A stretch of 64,000 nt of DNA from a virus (taxonomy: Duplodnaviria > Heunggongvirae > Uroviricota > Caudoviricetes). The notes below the pieces were generated by a model. That model made no database searches, had not been told where the DNA came from, and saw nothing but the letters and a program-made list of their open reading frames with translations. Both the position numbers and the translations under genes were made by a program. Positions 31,658-41,278 of the stretch are shown here, in pieces. The stretch's first letter is position 1. Each line of letters starts with the position of its first letter. The stretch is taken from IMG/VR virus record IMGVR_UViG_3300027744_000008; one strand, given 5' to 3'.

Positions 31658-31734
31658 AACATGTATGCGTTTTTTGTTTTACAAGGTGTAAAACAATATA
31701 GGCAAAACAAATAGGCTAACAATAGGAGATAATC

Positions 31735-32709
31735 ATGGCATCATTAGCTGAAATTCGCGCAAAACTAAAGGAACAAGAAACCCGCTCAACAGGCGGAGAA
31801 AGAACAGGCGGAGATAATTCAATTTATCCGTTCTGGAATTTAAAAGAAGGTTCCGAATCAACAGTCCGTTTTTTACCAGACGGCAATCCTGATAACACAT
31901 TTTTCTGGGTAGAACGTGCAATGATCAAATTGCCATTCGCCGGAGTCAAAGGTGAATCAGAAAGCAAACAAGTAACCGTAAATGTTCCCTGCATGGAAAT
32001 GTATGGCGAGACATGCCCAATTCTTGCAGAAGTACGTGGTTGGTTTAAAGATCCAAGTCTTGAAGACCAAGGCCGTAAGTACTGGAAGAAACGTAGTTAC
32101 ATTTTCCAAGGGTTCGTTGGTGACGATGGCCTTAAAGAGGAAAGCAAGCCAGAAAATCCAGTACGTAGATTCATCATCGGTCCACAGATCTTCCAATTGA
32201 TTCGTGGCGCATTGTTGGATCCAGAAATGGAAGACCTGCCAACAGATTTGGTCAACGGTGTTGATTTTAAATTGATCAAGACTAGTAAAGGTGGTTATGC
32301 TGACTACTCTACTAGCAAGTGGAGTCGTAAAACTCGCCCATTAAATGACGGCGAACAAGACGCACTCAAAGCCCATGGCTTGTATAATCTTAAAGATTAC
32401 TTGCCCAAGAAGCCAGGTGAAGTCGAAGTTAAAGTTATCAAAGAAATGTTTGAAGCGTCAGTAGACGGCGAAGCATTTGATATGGCTCGTTGGGGGCAAT
32501 ACTTCAAACCAGCAGGTATGGGTCAGGCAACTGGAGATCCTAATTCTTCAAAAGCCAAAGCGGCAGTAGTAGACATTGACGACGTACCGTTTGACGGTGG
32601 TCGTACTGTTAGCACTCCTGCGCCAAAAGCAGACAGCACTCCTGCATCCGGTGGCGACAGCAAAGCCCAAGACATCTTGGCAATGATTCGCAATCGTCAG
32701 AAAGCATAA
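31735..32709 (+). CDS. Single-stranded DNA-binding protein (T4 gp32-like)
   Basis: VRFLPD, CPIL, YWKKRSY, GVDFKLIKTSKGGYADYSTSKW; flexible C-terminal tail. Confidence 0.9.
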   Translation: MASLAEIRAKLKEQETRSTGGERTGGDNSIYPFWNLKEGSESTVRFLPDGNPDNTFFWVERAMIKLPFAGVKGESESKQVTVNVPCMEMYGETCPILAEVRGWFKDPSLEDQGRKYWKKRSYIFQGFVGDDGLKEESKPENPVRRFIIGPQIFQLIRGALLDPEMEDLPTDLVNGVDFKLIKTSKGGYADYSTSKWSRKTRPLNDGEQDALKAHGLYNLKDYLPKKPGEVEVKVIKEMFEASVDGEAFDMARWGQYFKPAGMGQATGDPNSSKAKAAVVDIDDVPFDGGRTVSTPAPKADSTPASGGDSKAQDILAMIRNRQKA

Positions 32710-32777
32710 GTGAAACACAGCTTGGGCCTCTGCGACTCAGTCGTACGCCCAGGTTATCATCATAGGAGAAAATAATT

Positions 32778-33833
32778 ATGGCTACAAAAGCCTTCGATTT
32801 ATCGAAGTTTCGTAAAACCTTGACCAAGAGCATTGACGGTCTAGGTGTTGGCTTTAACGACCCCACCGATTGGGTTGGTACTGGCAACTATGCTCTAAAT
32901 TATCTTATCAGTGGAGACTTCAATCGAGGCATTCCACTGGGCAAGGTTACTGTGTTTGCAGGTGAAAGTGGTGCAGGTAAATCATATATTTGTTCTGGTA
33001 ACATTGTTAAGAACGCACAAGAACAAGGTATATATGTTATCTTAATTGACAGCGAAAATGCACTTGACGAAAAATGGTTACACGCACTTGGTGTGGATAC
33101 CAGTGAAGAAAAACTTCTTAAACTCAATATGGCTATGATTGACGATGTGGCTAGAACTATTCATGAGTTCATGAAAGAGTATAAGGAAATGTCAGAACGT
33201 CCCAAGGTCATGTTTGTCATAGACTCATTGGGCATGTTACTTACTCCCACAGACATTAATCAGTTTGAAGCAGGTGATTTGAAAGGTGATATGGGTCGTA
33301 AACCCAAAGCACTAACGGCACTGGTTCGTAACTGTGTTAACATGTTTGGTAGTTATAATGTGGGTATGGTCTGTACTAATCACACATACGCAAGCCAAGA
33401 TATGTTTGATCCAGACGACAAAATTAGTGGTGGACAAGGGTTTGTCTACGCAAGTTCAATAGTTGTTGCTATGAAAAAACTCAAACTCAAAGAAGATGAG
33501 AATGGTAATAAAGTTTCAGAAGTAAATGGTATTCGTGCCGCATGTAAGATTATGAAAACACGTTATGCTAAACCTTTTGAAACACTACAGATTAAAATTC
33601 CATACGAAACAGGTATGAACCCTTATAGCGGTCTTGTTGATCTTTTTGAGAAAGCAGGACTATTAGTACAACAAGGTAATCGACTAAAGTGGGTCGATCC
33701 AACTACCGGAGAAGAGTTCGTATTCTACCGAAAAGATTGGATAGATGATAAATTAGATATGATAATGAAGAATTATCATTTAACTAAAAAATCAATGCCC
33801 ATTTTAGAGGAGAACAAAGAAGATGTTGAATGA
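32778..33833 (+). CDS. uvsX: RecA-like recombinase UvsX
   Basis: GKVTVFAGESGAGKS Walker A; IDSENA, VIDSLG and CTNHTY motifs. Confidence 0.93.
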   Translation: MATKAFDLSKFRKTLTKSIDGLGVGFNDPTDWVGTGNYALNYLISGDFNRGIPLGKVTVFAGESGAGKSYICSGNIVKNAQEQGIYVILIDSENALDEKWLHALGVDTSEEKLLKLNMAMIDDVARTIHEFMKEYKEMSERPKVMFVIDSLGMLLTPTDINQFEAGDLKGDMGRKPKALTALVRNCVNMFGSYNVGMVCTNHTYASQDMFDPDDKISGGQGFVYASSIVVAMKKLKLKEDENGNKVSEVNGIRAACKIMKTRYAKPFETLQIKIPYETGMNPYSGLVDLFEKAGLLVQQGNRLKWVDPTTGEEFVFYRKDWIDDKLDMIMKNYHLTKKSMPILEENKEDVE

Positions 33834-34065
33834 GACACAAATTGGTGATATTTGGCTTTTGTTTAAAGAATATGTAGACAAAAAAGTACAAGATGCAGCC
33901 GCTGAAAGATTTGTTGATTTAATGGCAGATCACGGTGTGAGTGATAAAATTTTTGAAGATGCGCTAGGTTCATGCGACATGCTCGACGATGCTATCAATT
34001 ACTATCTTGACAAGGATTCTGATGACGAAGAGCCAGAGTACTACGAAGACGACGAAGATTATTAA
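33823..34065 (+). CDS. Hypothetical acidic protein
   Basis: ORF coupled to uvsX. Confidence 0.65.
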   Translation: MLNETQIGDIWLLFKEYVDKKVQDAAAERFVDLMADHGVSDKIFEDALGSCDMLDDAINYYLDKDSDDEEPEYYEDDEDY

Positions 34066-34067
34066 GT

Positions 34068-34520
34068 ATGTGGTATTCTAAGATAAGCAAAGACATTTCT
34101 TACATTCCTGACGCTGTTGAATACTTCAATGCCGAATTACAGGCTGCAAAGTTAGATGCTCGCATAGCGGGGAATATTGAAAAGGCAGCAGCCAGTATGC
34201 CAGGCGTCGTGGAACATAGGTTTAACCAATTGCAAGAAATTGAAGCTATCTTAGAATATCTCAACATTGAACTTCGCCGTCTTAGAAGTATGCATTTTCG
34301 AAAATATCTCGAAAATTACCAACGTGCTCTAAGTAGTAGAGACTGCGAAAAATTTGTAGAAGGTGAAGTTGACGTTGTTGACTTTGAAAAAATCATTAAT
34401 GAGTTTGCCTTGTTAAGAAATCGATGGCTAGGCATCACTAAGGCGCTAGATCAAAAGCAATGGCAACTGACCAACATTGTAAAACTGCGGATTGCCGGAA
34501 TGGAAGACGCATCAATTTAA
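34068..34520 (+). CDS. uvsY: Recombination mediator UvsY-like
   Basis: Helical 150 aa ending KQWQLTNIVKLRIAG; lies between uvsX and uvsW. Confidence 0.7.
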   Translation: MWYSKISKDISYIPDAVEYFNAELQAAKLDARIAGNIEKAAASMPGVVEHRFNQLQEIEAILEYLNIELRRLRSMHFRKYLENYQRALSSRDCEKFVEGEVDVVDFEKIINEFALLRNRWLGITKALDQKQWQLTNIVKLRIAGMEDASI

Positions 34521-34523
34521 TTC

Positions 34524-34552
34524 TTGACTTTCTAATTGTAATGTGTTAAAAT
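34524..34552 (+). promoter_or_regulatory. Sigma70-type promoter (TTGACT-17-TAAAAT), probably leaderless transcript
   Basis: ATG 34559 lies 6 nt after the -10 element. Confidence 0.6.
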
Positions 34553-34558
34553 TACTTT

Positions 34559-35731
34559 ATGATTACAATTGATAATTTACTCTTACAAATTGAAAATTAC
34601 GGATTTGAAAAATTCACGTCGTCTATTTCCAGACGTGATCTACGTATTTTAAGAAATTTGGCAAATCTGGTAAAATCTCCAAATTTTATCACCGAAAATC
34701 AAAGTAAGTTATTAATTAAACTACTAACTGAAAATTTTAAACACTTAAATTTTCTAGGGGCTAAGTTACCCGAATCACTGGATGACCCGTGTTGGTCCAA
34801 ACAATTTAGAGATAGTGACGATCCTAAAAAAATCACCATTTTTAGCGTCAATGACGAAAAATTCATAAAAATTGAGACCGTTTTAAATTCATACATTACA
34901 AAAATAATTGCAAGTATAGAAAAAAATGGTGGCAGTAATATAAACACACATAACAGTAAAACAGCGTTAGTACCGTTATCAGAAAAAAATGTAGTCTTAA
35001 CAGTAGATGCGTTTAGACCTGAAAATTTTGACATTTCTGATGAAATTTTGGAATTTTATAATACCATCACATCATGGTCTAAAGATGAAATGGCATCAAA
35101 ATTTCAACTTGAGACCCTGGACAACAAAAAAATCCTAAACAAGTTAGAAGACGAATTAGAGTTAAACTCATCCACTGACGAACTCCTTTTTGCAGACCGA
35201 AAAATTCGGTATCAGTACCAATTTTCACCAAAAACTGAGCCTAGCACCTTAAAAGAAATCATTGCCCATAGGACGTCAAACAAGGTTTTCGTTGAGTCAA
35301 CAAAATATAATTTTGAAGAATTAGTTGACTCTTTAGTGGCCTTGAAAAAATTGCCAATTTTGCTAGTTTTTAGTAATTTTTCAGAAAGTGAGTGCCTTAA
35401 GCAGATAGACATGCTGTCGGCAGTTTTAACTAAAAAGAACCTCATTGATGATGTGGGAATTTATTTTAGATTTAAGAATGTAGGTAAAGGACAAGATTTC
35501 AATCAACGAATTGCCACTAAGAAATTTAATAAACCATTAGATACTACCACAAAAATTGCCGGAGCAGTTAATGGAAAGCTGGCAAAATTTTTCCTAAAAA
35601 CAGATTGGCGACCAAATAGTGTTATTACCTTTACTAATAGTTTAAGGCATAATAAAACTTCTGTCTATTGCAATAATTGTGATTTGATAGTATACTATAC
35701 AGATAAATTACCATTAGTTATTAGCACATGA
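34559..35731 (+). CDS. Hypothetical protein
   Basis: 390-aa AT-rich ORF coupled to the helicase gene. Confidence 0.7.
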   Translation: MITIDNLLLQIENYGFEKFTSSISRRDLRILRNLANLVKSPNFITENQSKLLIKLLTENFKHLNFLGAKLPESLDDPCWSKQFRDSDDPKKITIFSVNDEKFIKIETVLNSYITKIIASIEKNGGSNINTHNSKTALVPLSEKNVVLTVDAFRPENFDISDEILEFYNTITSWSKDEMASKFQLETLDNKKILNKLEDELELNSSTDELLFADRKIRYQYQFSPKTEPSTLKEIIAHRTSNKVFVESTKYNFEELVDSLVALKKLPILLVFSNFSESECLKQIDMLSAVLTKKNLIDDVGIYFRFKNVGKGQDFNQRIATKKFNKPLDTTTKIAGAVNGKLAKFFLKTDWRPNSVITFTNSLRHNKTSVYCNNCDLIVYYTDKLPLVIST

Positions 35732-37194
35732 CATGTAGATTGATTATTAAAGACGAAGTGAATATTAAGCTCGAAGGGCTTGATGTTGAAGCACGACGAA
35801 AGTTAGCAAATACCTTCAAATATGAAATACCTTATGCCAAATATCATCCTGCATACAAACTAGGTCGATGGGACGGCATGGTTAGTTTGTTTGGTCTAGG
35901 TGGTAACGGATACCTAAATCAAATGGAGAAAATTCTTGAGGTATTGAATAAATTAGGTGTTGAAATTGGAGAAATTGAAGACCTAAGACTCAAGCATGAC
36001 TTAACATTTAATGCTGTAACAGAAACATATTGGGCCGATCAAGGTAAGGTGTGGCCTGTAGGTCATCCACAAGAAGGACAACCTATCATGCTTCGAGATT
36101 ATCAAATTGAAGCTATCAATCTATTCTTGGAAAATCCACAAGCATTACAACAAATTGCCACAGGTGCGGGAAAAACAATTACCACTGCTACACTGGCACA
36201 TCTCTGTGAAAAGATAGGAAGATCTATTGTTATTGTTCCTAATAAAAGTCTAGTAGAACAAACTGAAGAAGACTTTGTCAACGTGGGATTAGATGTCGGC
36301 GTATACTACGGTGACCGTAAAGATCTTAACAAAACTCACACTATATGTACATGGCAATCATTAAACATCTTAGATAAGAAAAGTAAGAATCTTGAACACA
36401 GCATAGTAACACTAGCTGAATTCCTTGACGGAGTTAAGACTGTTATTGTTGACGAGGTACATATGGCCAAGGCCGAAGTACTTAAAAATCTGCTTACACA
36501 AAACTTATCTAATGCGCCTATTCGCTGGGGACTAACAGGTACAGTTCCCAAAGAAGCATTTGAAAACGAAAGTATATTTGCCAGCATAGGACCAGTTATA
36601 GGTGGTATTAGTGCCCATGAATTACAAGAACGTGGTGTGTTATCAAACTGCCATGTTAATGTGGCACAGTTAGTTGATGTACAAGAATTTAGAAGTTATG
36701 CCGAAGAAAACAAATATCTTGTCACTGATGATCATAGGATGGCGTTTATTAGTAAACTAATTAATACAATATCAGAAAGTGGAAACACTCTAGTATTAGT
36801 TAATAGAATCGAGACGGGTAAATTTATAATAAACGAATTGCCAGAGGCTGTATTTGTATCCGGTGCAGTTAAAACTAAAGATCGTAAAGAAGAATATGAC
36901 GAAATTAAAACAAGTGATAACAAGATTATTGTGGCGACTTATGGTGTGGCCGCTGTGGGTATTAATATCCCTAGGATTTTTAATATGGTTCTTTTGGAAC
37001 CCGGAAAGAGCTTTGTTCGCGTTATACAAAGCATTGGCCGAGGTATTCGAAAAGCCGAAGACAAAGACTTCGTTCAAATCTGGGACATCACATCAACCTG
37101 TAAATATGCAAAAAAGCATCTTACAGAGAGGAAGAAATTTTATAAGGAAGCCAAATATCCGTTTACGATTGAAAAAGTAGACTGGCAAAAATAA
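35728..37194 (+). CDS. uvsW: SF2 DNA helicase UvsW-like
   Basis: LRDYQ, ATGAGKT, IVDEVH, GLTGT and QSIGRGIR motifs. Confidence 0.92.
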   Translation: MTCRLIIKDEVNIKLEGLDVEARRKLANTFKYEIPYAKYHPAYKLGRWDGMVSLFGLGGNGYLNQMEKILEVLNKLGVEIGEIEDLRLKHDLTFNAVTETYWADQGKVWPVGHPQEGQPIMLRDYQIEAINLFLENPQALQQIATGAGKTITTATLAHLCEKIGRSIVIVPNKSLVEQTEEDFVNVGLDVGVYYGDRKDLNKTHTICTWQSLNILDKKSKNLEHSIVTLAEFLDGVKTVIVDEVHMAKAEVLKNLLTQNLSNAPIRWGLTGTVPKEAFENESIFASIGPVIGGISAHELQERGVLSNCHVNVAQLVDVQEFRSYAEENKYLVTDDHRMAFISKLINTISESGNTLVLVNRIETGKFIINELPEAVFVSGAVKTKDRKEEYDEIKTSDNKIIVATYGVAAVGINIPRIFNMVLLEPGKSFVRVIQSIGRGIRKAEDKDFVQIWDITSTCKYAKKHLTERKKFYKEAKYPFTIEKVDWQK

Positions 37195-37196
37195 TT

Positions 37197-37703
37197 ATGC
37201 ATATATTAACATTAGACAACACAACATTTGAATTAAATAATCTTCCAGATGAGGTAGACGAAAACACTAGATTTGCAGTCTTAGATAACAGCGACCCTAA
37301 AGAACCTGATTTCTTTTTTATGCCTTTAATATTTCTTGAAAGTTTTAATGCACCCGCAATGGTACTTAGAATTGGCGAAGATGAAATTAGTATGCCATTA
37401 GATTGGTGTATAGCAGTTGGCGATAGTAGCAGTGCCAGCGATATTGAGATATTGCCATTGACCAGTTTAAATGATAGGGGATTTGAAGCTCTGGTGTTTA
37501 ATCCACTTAGTAGTTTTAGAGTAGAGTTTAAACGAATTGAAATTATTAATTTTTACAATGACGTTAAATGGTACTTTCCAAAAATGAAGAATGGACAATT
37601 ATTATCAGTTCCTACACAACTAGGACACAAACCAAATTGTTCATACTTTGTTAAAGAAATTAGTCGTCAAAGTGAAATTATACTATTAGATAAAATTTTG
37701 TAA
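37197..37703 (+). CDS. Hypothetical protein
   Basis: ORF in the replication operon. Confidence 0.7.
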   Translation: MHILTLDNTTFELNNLPDEVDENTRFAVLDNSDPKEPDFFFMPLIFLESFNAPAMVLRIGEDEISMPLDWCIAVGDSSSASDIEILPLTSLNDRGFEALVFNPLSSFRVEFKRIEIINFYNDVKWYFPKMKNGQLLSVPTQLGHKPNCSYFVKEISRQSEIILLDKIL

Positions 37704-37704
37704 T

Positions 37705-37989
37705 ATGGGAACGCTTAAACCGGGTGCAACTTATATCTACGAACGCAACGGCGAAGAAATATATGCCCGCGAGTTCGGTGAAACAGAACGTAAGTTGATC
37801 GGATACAAATACGAAATGGAAGGTAAACCGGATCCACGTACTAGTGACGGTAGACCATTAGTTGAGCATATACGAGAAGATAAACTATGGGGAGAGATTC
37901 GGAGAGAAGCAAAAATCAATCCGGCTTTACAAAAGGCTCTAGATCGTGCTATACTAGTATATCGTTTAAGCAAAGATAAACCACAATGA
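37705..37989 (+). CDS. Hypothetical protein
   Basis: ORF in the operon. Confidence 0.65.
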   Translation: MGTLKPGATYIYERNGEEIYAREFGETERKLIGYKYEMEGKPDPRTSDGRPLVEHIREDKLWGEIRREAKINPALQKALDRAILVYRLSKDKPQ

Positions 37990-38270
37990 GCACTGAACAA
38001 GATAAATTTAAACATTCTAAGCGTCTACTTAAAGATGAAAATGCTATCAACAAACAAGTTAAAATTGCCAAGGCAGCAGGCGTGACAATTGACGAACCCC
38101 ATAAATTTGTCAAGCATCACGCATTGGATTGTGGTAATCCAGAGTGTCCAACATGTAGTAATCCACGAAAACTTTTTAAACAACTGACTATTCAAGAACA
38201 ACGATTATTTCAAGATGTAGATACTCCTCGAGATAGACACAGTAACGGAAGTAAATACGAAAATGAGTGA
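37986..38270 (+). CDS. Hypothetical protein with a Cys/His cluster (HHALDCGNPECPTC)
   Basis: ORF; putative Zn site. Confidence 0.65.
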   Translation: MSTEQDKFKHSKRLLKDENAINKQVKIAKAAGVTIDEPHKFVKHHALDCGNPECPTCSNPRKLFKQLTIQEQRLFQDVDTPRDRHSNGSKYENE

Positions 38271-38739
38271 AAAGATTGAACTAAAAGCAAAACTTGCAGC
38301 CGTCGATGTTGGCTATAAAGGATTGTGGGATGAAATAGATGCCAACCAACAGAAAGAACTTAAAGGCGAGTTCTTTATCCTCAATAGATTTATATCAAAC
38401 GTTAACGGTCAGAGCAGAGATATACAAGAACATTTTGTATTAACTGTCAACGAGTACTACAATAAGCATTGGAATACACTACAGCAGCATCCTAAACTGT
38501 TATGGCAATTATTGTGTATGTGCAGTCATGAAAGCAAGAAGATATTCTTTCACGAATGGATTAAACTAGAAAAAACTAAAGGTAGTACTAAGAGTGCTAA
38601 GTTTTTAATGGAGATACATCCTACGGCAAAAGTAGACGACATTGAAGTAATGTTACAACTAATGACTGGAAAAGAAATGCGAGAACTTGCTCGTCAGCAC
38701 GGGTATGATGATAAACAAATTGAAAAATTGTTTAAATGA
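38263..38739 (+). CDS. Possible clamp-loader small subunit (T4 gp62-like)
   Basis: FFILNRFIS...VNE...HPKLLWQLL...HEWIK pattern loosely resembles gp62. Confidence 0.5.
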   Translation: MSEKIELKAKLAAVDVGYKGLWDEIDANQQKELKGEFFILNRFISNVNGQSRDIQEHFVLTVNEYYNKHWNTLQQHPKLLWQLLCMCSHESKKIFFHEWIKLEKTKGSTKSAKFLMEIHPTAKVDDIEVMLQLMTGKEMRELARQHGYDDKQIEKLFK

Positions 38740-39437
38740 TTTTAACTTTGAAACCTGTAAATAAAGACTTTATTTGTACACATTGTAACAGTGCCTTTAT
38801 GAAAGAGAAGACACTGATTGTTCACATGTGCGAACAAAAGCGCAGGCACCTAGCAAAAAATGAAAAACATGTACAGCTAGGGTACGCAGCCTTTGTCAGA
38901 TTCTATGAATTAGTACAGAAGTCAAAAGATATAAAAACATATGACGAATTCGCACGTAGTCCTTACTACAATGCATTTACAAAGTTTGGTAGTTTTATAT
39001 CAAATATAAATCCTCTATATCCTGATCATTACATTGACTATGTATTGAAAAGCGGTGTAAAGTTGGATCATTGGTGCAGAGAAGAACTCTACGAAAAATA
39101 TGTAATTAACTTAATTAAAACTGAAAATGTCGAAACTGCCATGGAAAGAAGCGTATCACATATGATGTCCTGGGCCGATACAAACAAGAGCCTATGGAAT
39201 CATTATTTCAATTACGTAAGTCTTAGTAGGGCAACTTTTGACATTAAAGACGGCAAGGTAAGTCCTTGGTTAATGTTAAACTGCAAGTCGGGCAGAGATA
39301 TGCTAGCCAAGTTCAGTGACGAGCAATTAGAAGCTGTGGGCAGTATAATTGATCCCGTGTTCTGGGGTAAGAAGTTTCGTACAAATTCTTTTGATATAGA
39401 ACTAGTCCATAAAGTAGTTAAGGAGGCAAACTTGTAA
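38736..39437 (+). CDS. Hypothetical protein with an N-terminal Zn finger
   Basis: CTHCNSAFMKEKTLIVHMC. Confidence 0.7.
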   Translation: MILTLKPVNKDFICTHCNSAFMKEKTLIVHMCEQKRRHLAKNEKHVQLGYAAFVRFYELVQKSKDIKTYDEFARSPYYNAFTKFGSFISNINPLYPDHYIDYVLKSGVKLDHWCREELYEKYVINLIKTENVETAMERSVSHMMSWADTNKSLWNHYFNYVSLSRATFDIKDGKVSPWLMLNCKSGRDMLAKFSDEQLEAVGSIIDPVFWGKKFRTNSFDIELVHKVVKEANL

Positions 39438-40018
39438 TGCCTGATATTGATATCGACTTTCCAGACAGAGAAATTGCATTAAATACGCTACAACATGTTA
39501 CTGCGGTCATAAATGGTAGGGACGGTAGTTTAAAAAAACATAATACTGGAGTATACTGCCATTCTATTCCGTATAATCCTATTACAGGTTTTAGTACAAT
39601 AGATTATAAAACAGCAGACGCCCGAGGATATTTTAAAATTGATTTTTTAAATGTAAGTGTATATAACGGCATAAAAGACGAAGCTCACTTGATTAGATTG
39701 ATGGAGACTGAGCCGTTATGGGATCTATTAGAACAAGACGAATTTACAAATCTACTGTTCCATATAAACGGATATGGAGATGTATTACGGGCTATGAAGC
39801 CGATGAATATAGAACAATTAGCCGCAGTTTTAGCAATGATCCGACCGGCAAAGAAATATCTGATTGGGAAGACTTGGAACGAAGTGATGAAAGATATTTG
39901 GATTAAACCGGAGAATGATGACTATTACTTTAAAAAGTCACATGCTGTAGCTTATGCACAAGTAATTGCAGTACAGATGAATTTGATATGTGAATCGATT
40001 AGCTACGAGTTTATATAG
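39437..40018 (+). CDS. Miniature DNA polymerase III alpha (DnaE)-like protein
   Basis: PDIDIDF, KHNTGVY, KIDFL, AMIRP and FKKSHAVAYA occur in the same order as DnaE motifs, within 193 aa. Confidence 0.8.
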   Translation: MPDIDIDFPDREIALNTLQHVTAVINGRDGSLKKHNTGVYCHSIPYNPITGFSTIDYKTADARGYFKIDFLNVSVYNGIKDEAHLIRLMETEPLWDLLEQDEFTNLLFHINGYGDVLRAMKPMNIEQLAAVLAMIRPAKKYLIGKTWNEVMKDIWIKPENDDYYFKKSHAVAYAQVIAVQMNLICESISYEFI

Positions 40019-40385
40019 AGCGTCTAACCAGTTGTACTGATTTGCGCTTTACTCGCTTTACAGTTAAATTCATAAGATTTACCACTGGCCCTAATACTAT
40101 ACGGGTATCTTTTGAATTAAAAGTTTTAATAGCATACCTAAAAGGTTCTATTGGTACTCTAAGAAAAATGCTAATCGGAACTTGTCTATTTGATTCCCAC
40201 CACCATGTCTCTCCTAGCTCTAAAAATGCAGTTTTTTCTTCTAATGTCTTAATAGAATTAAGATCGTAGAAACTAGTTACGTACTGATCTTGATTTATTA
40301 TTATGCCCACGTACTCTTCACTGCCGTAGTTTAATACGGACACAAAGGGTAGTTGTTCTTCTACGTTTTCTCTTAATTTTACCAT
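40011..40385 (-). CDS. Hypothetical protein
   Basis: ORF MVKLRENVEE...; reverse-strand TAAATA at 40424-40429. Confidence 0.65.
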   Translation of the reverse strand: MVKLRENVEEQLPFVSVLNYGSEEYVGIIINQDQYVTSFYDLNSIKTLEEKTAFLELGETWWWESNRQVPISIFLRVPIEPFRYAIKTFNSKDTRIVLGPVVNLMNLTVKRVKRKSVQLVRRSI

Positions 40386-40405
40386 AAATACATTAGAGGT
40401 TGCCG

Positions 40406-41248
40406 ATGCAAAAAATTTCAACGTATTTATATAAGAACAGGTATCAATTGGTTGCTGATTTGGCAGGATTCTTAACGGAGTGGACTATTGTGTATCAACG
40501 ACAAATAAAAATTTATAATGGTATCGATAATACCCTAGAGTTTGACATTAAGAATGCAGATCAAAAGCGTCTTACACTAGCAGTAATCAACAACGGAGAT
40601 GTTGTAGAGATAACAGACATTGAGCTAAATGTTATGGATCAAGCGGGATACGCATTAACTAATAGTCCATATACATTAACTCCCAGTGCTACTGTTAAAG
40701 GAATTGCTACAGTAACTATTCCTCAGGAAGATTTAGTTGATCTCGAAGATCAGTTTTTAAGATTTAGTGTTACCGCTCAAAATAACGGTAACAATGTTAT
40801 GCTCTACGGTGATACTAGATTTGGTGCTACCGGAACTATTGAATTAATCGGCAATGCTATGCCGTTAATTCGAGATTCAAAAGTGTATGATGATTTTTAC
40901 GGTATCGGCGACTTTAATAATACTACTATTACCTACACTAGCAGTTCTATTCCGTTAAAATTTAGAGAGGCAACTCCGCCTACATTGGCCGAAATTGTAA
41001 TTGCTCTAGATGAGCTTGACGGACTAGTTTGGGTAGAAGCAACTAAAGATACCGTCATAGGCAACGAATCCTTTACCTATAAAGGTACTAAATTAGAAAA
41101 TCAAACAGTAACTTCAGTAGATACTACAATTACTTTTTCAGATATTGACATTTCTCAATATACATATATACGAGTAAACTACACCAAAAATCCAACAGTA
41201 ACTACTGGAAAAGTTGTTAATTTTACCATTGACTTTTACAACGCTTGA
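40406..41248 (+). CDS. Putative virion protein (beta-rich)
   Basis: TAAATA at 40385; IYNGIDNTLEFDIKNADQK. The start could instead be 40400. Confidence 0.55.
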   Translation: MQKISTYLYKNRYQLVADLAGFLTEWTIVYQRQIKIYNGIDNTLEFDIKNADQKRLTLAVINNGDVVEITDIELNVMDQAGYALTNSPYTLTPSATVKGIATVTIPQEDLVDLEDQFLRFSVTAQNNGNNVMLYGDTRFGATGTIELIGNAMPLIRDSKVYDDFYGIGDFNNTTITYTSSSIPLKFREATPPTLAEIVIALDELDGLVWVEATKDTVIGNESFTYKGTKLENQTVTSVDTTITFSDIDISQYTYIRVNYTKNPTVTTGKVVNFTIDFYNA

Positions 41249-41273
41249 CAACCCAGTGGCAATTTGTTATAAT
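41245..41273 (+). promoter_or_regulatory. Perfect sigma70 promoter TTGACA-17-TATAAT for primase, probably leaderless
   Basis: ATG 41279 lies 5 nt after the -10 element. Confidence 0.8.
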
Positions 41274-41278
41274 AGGCT

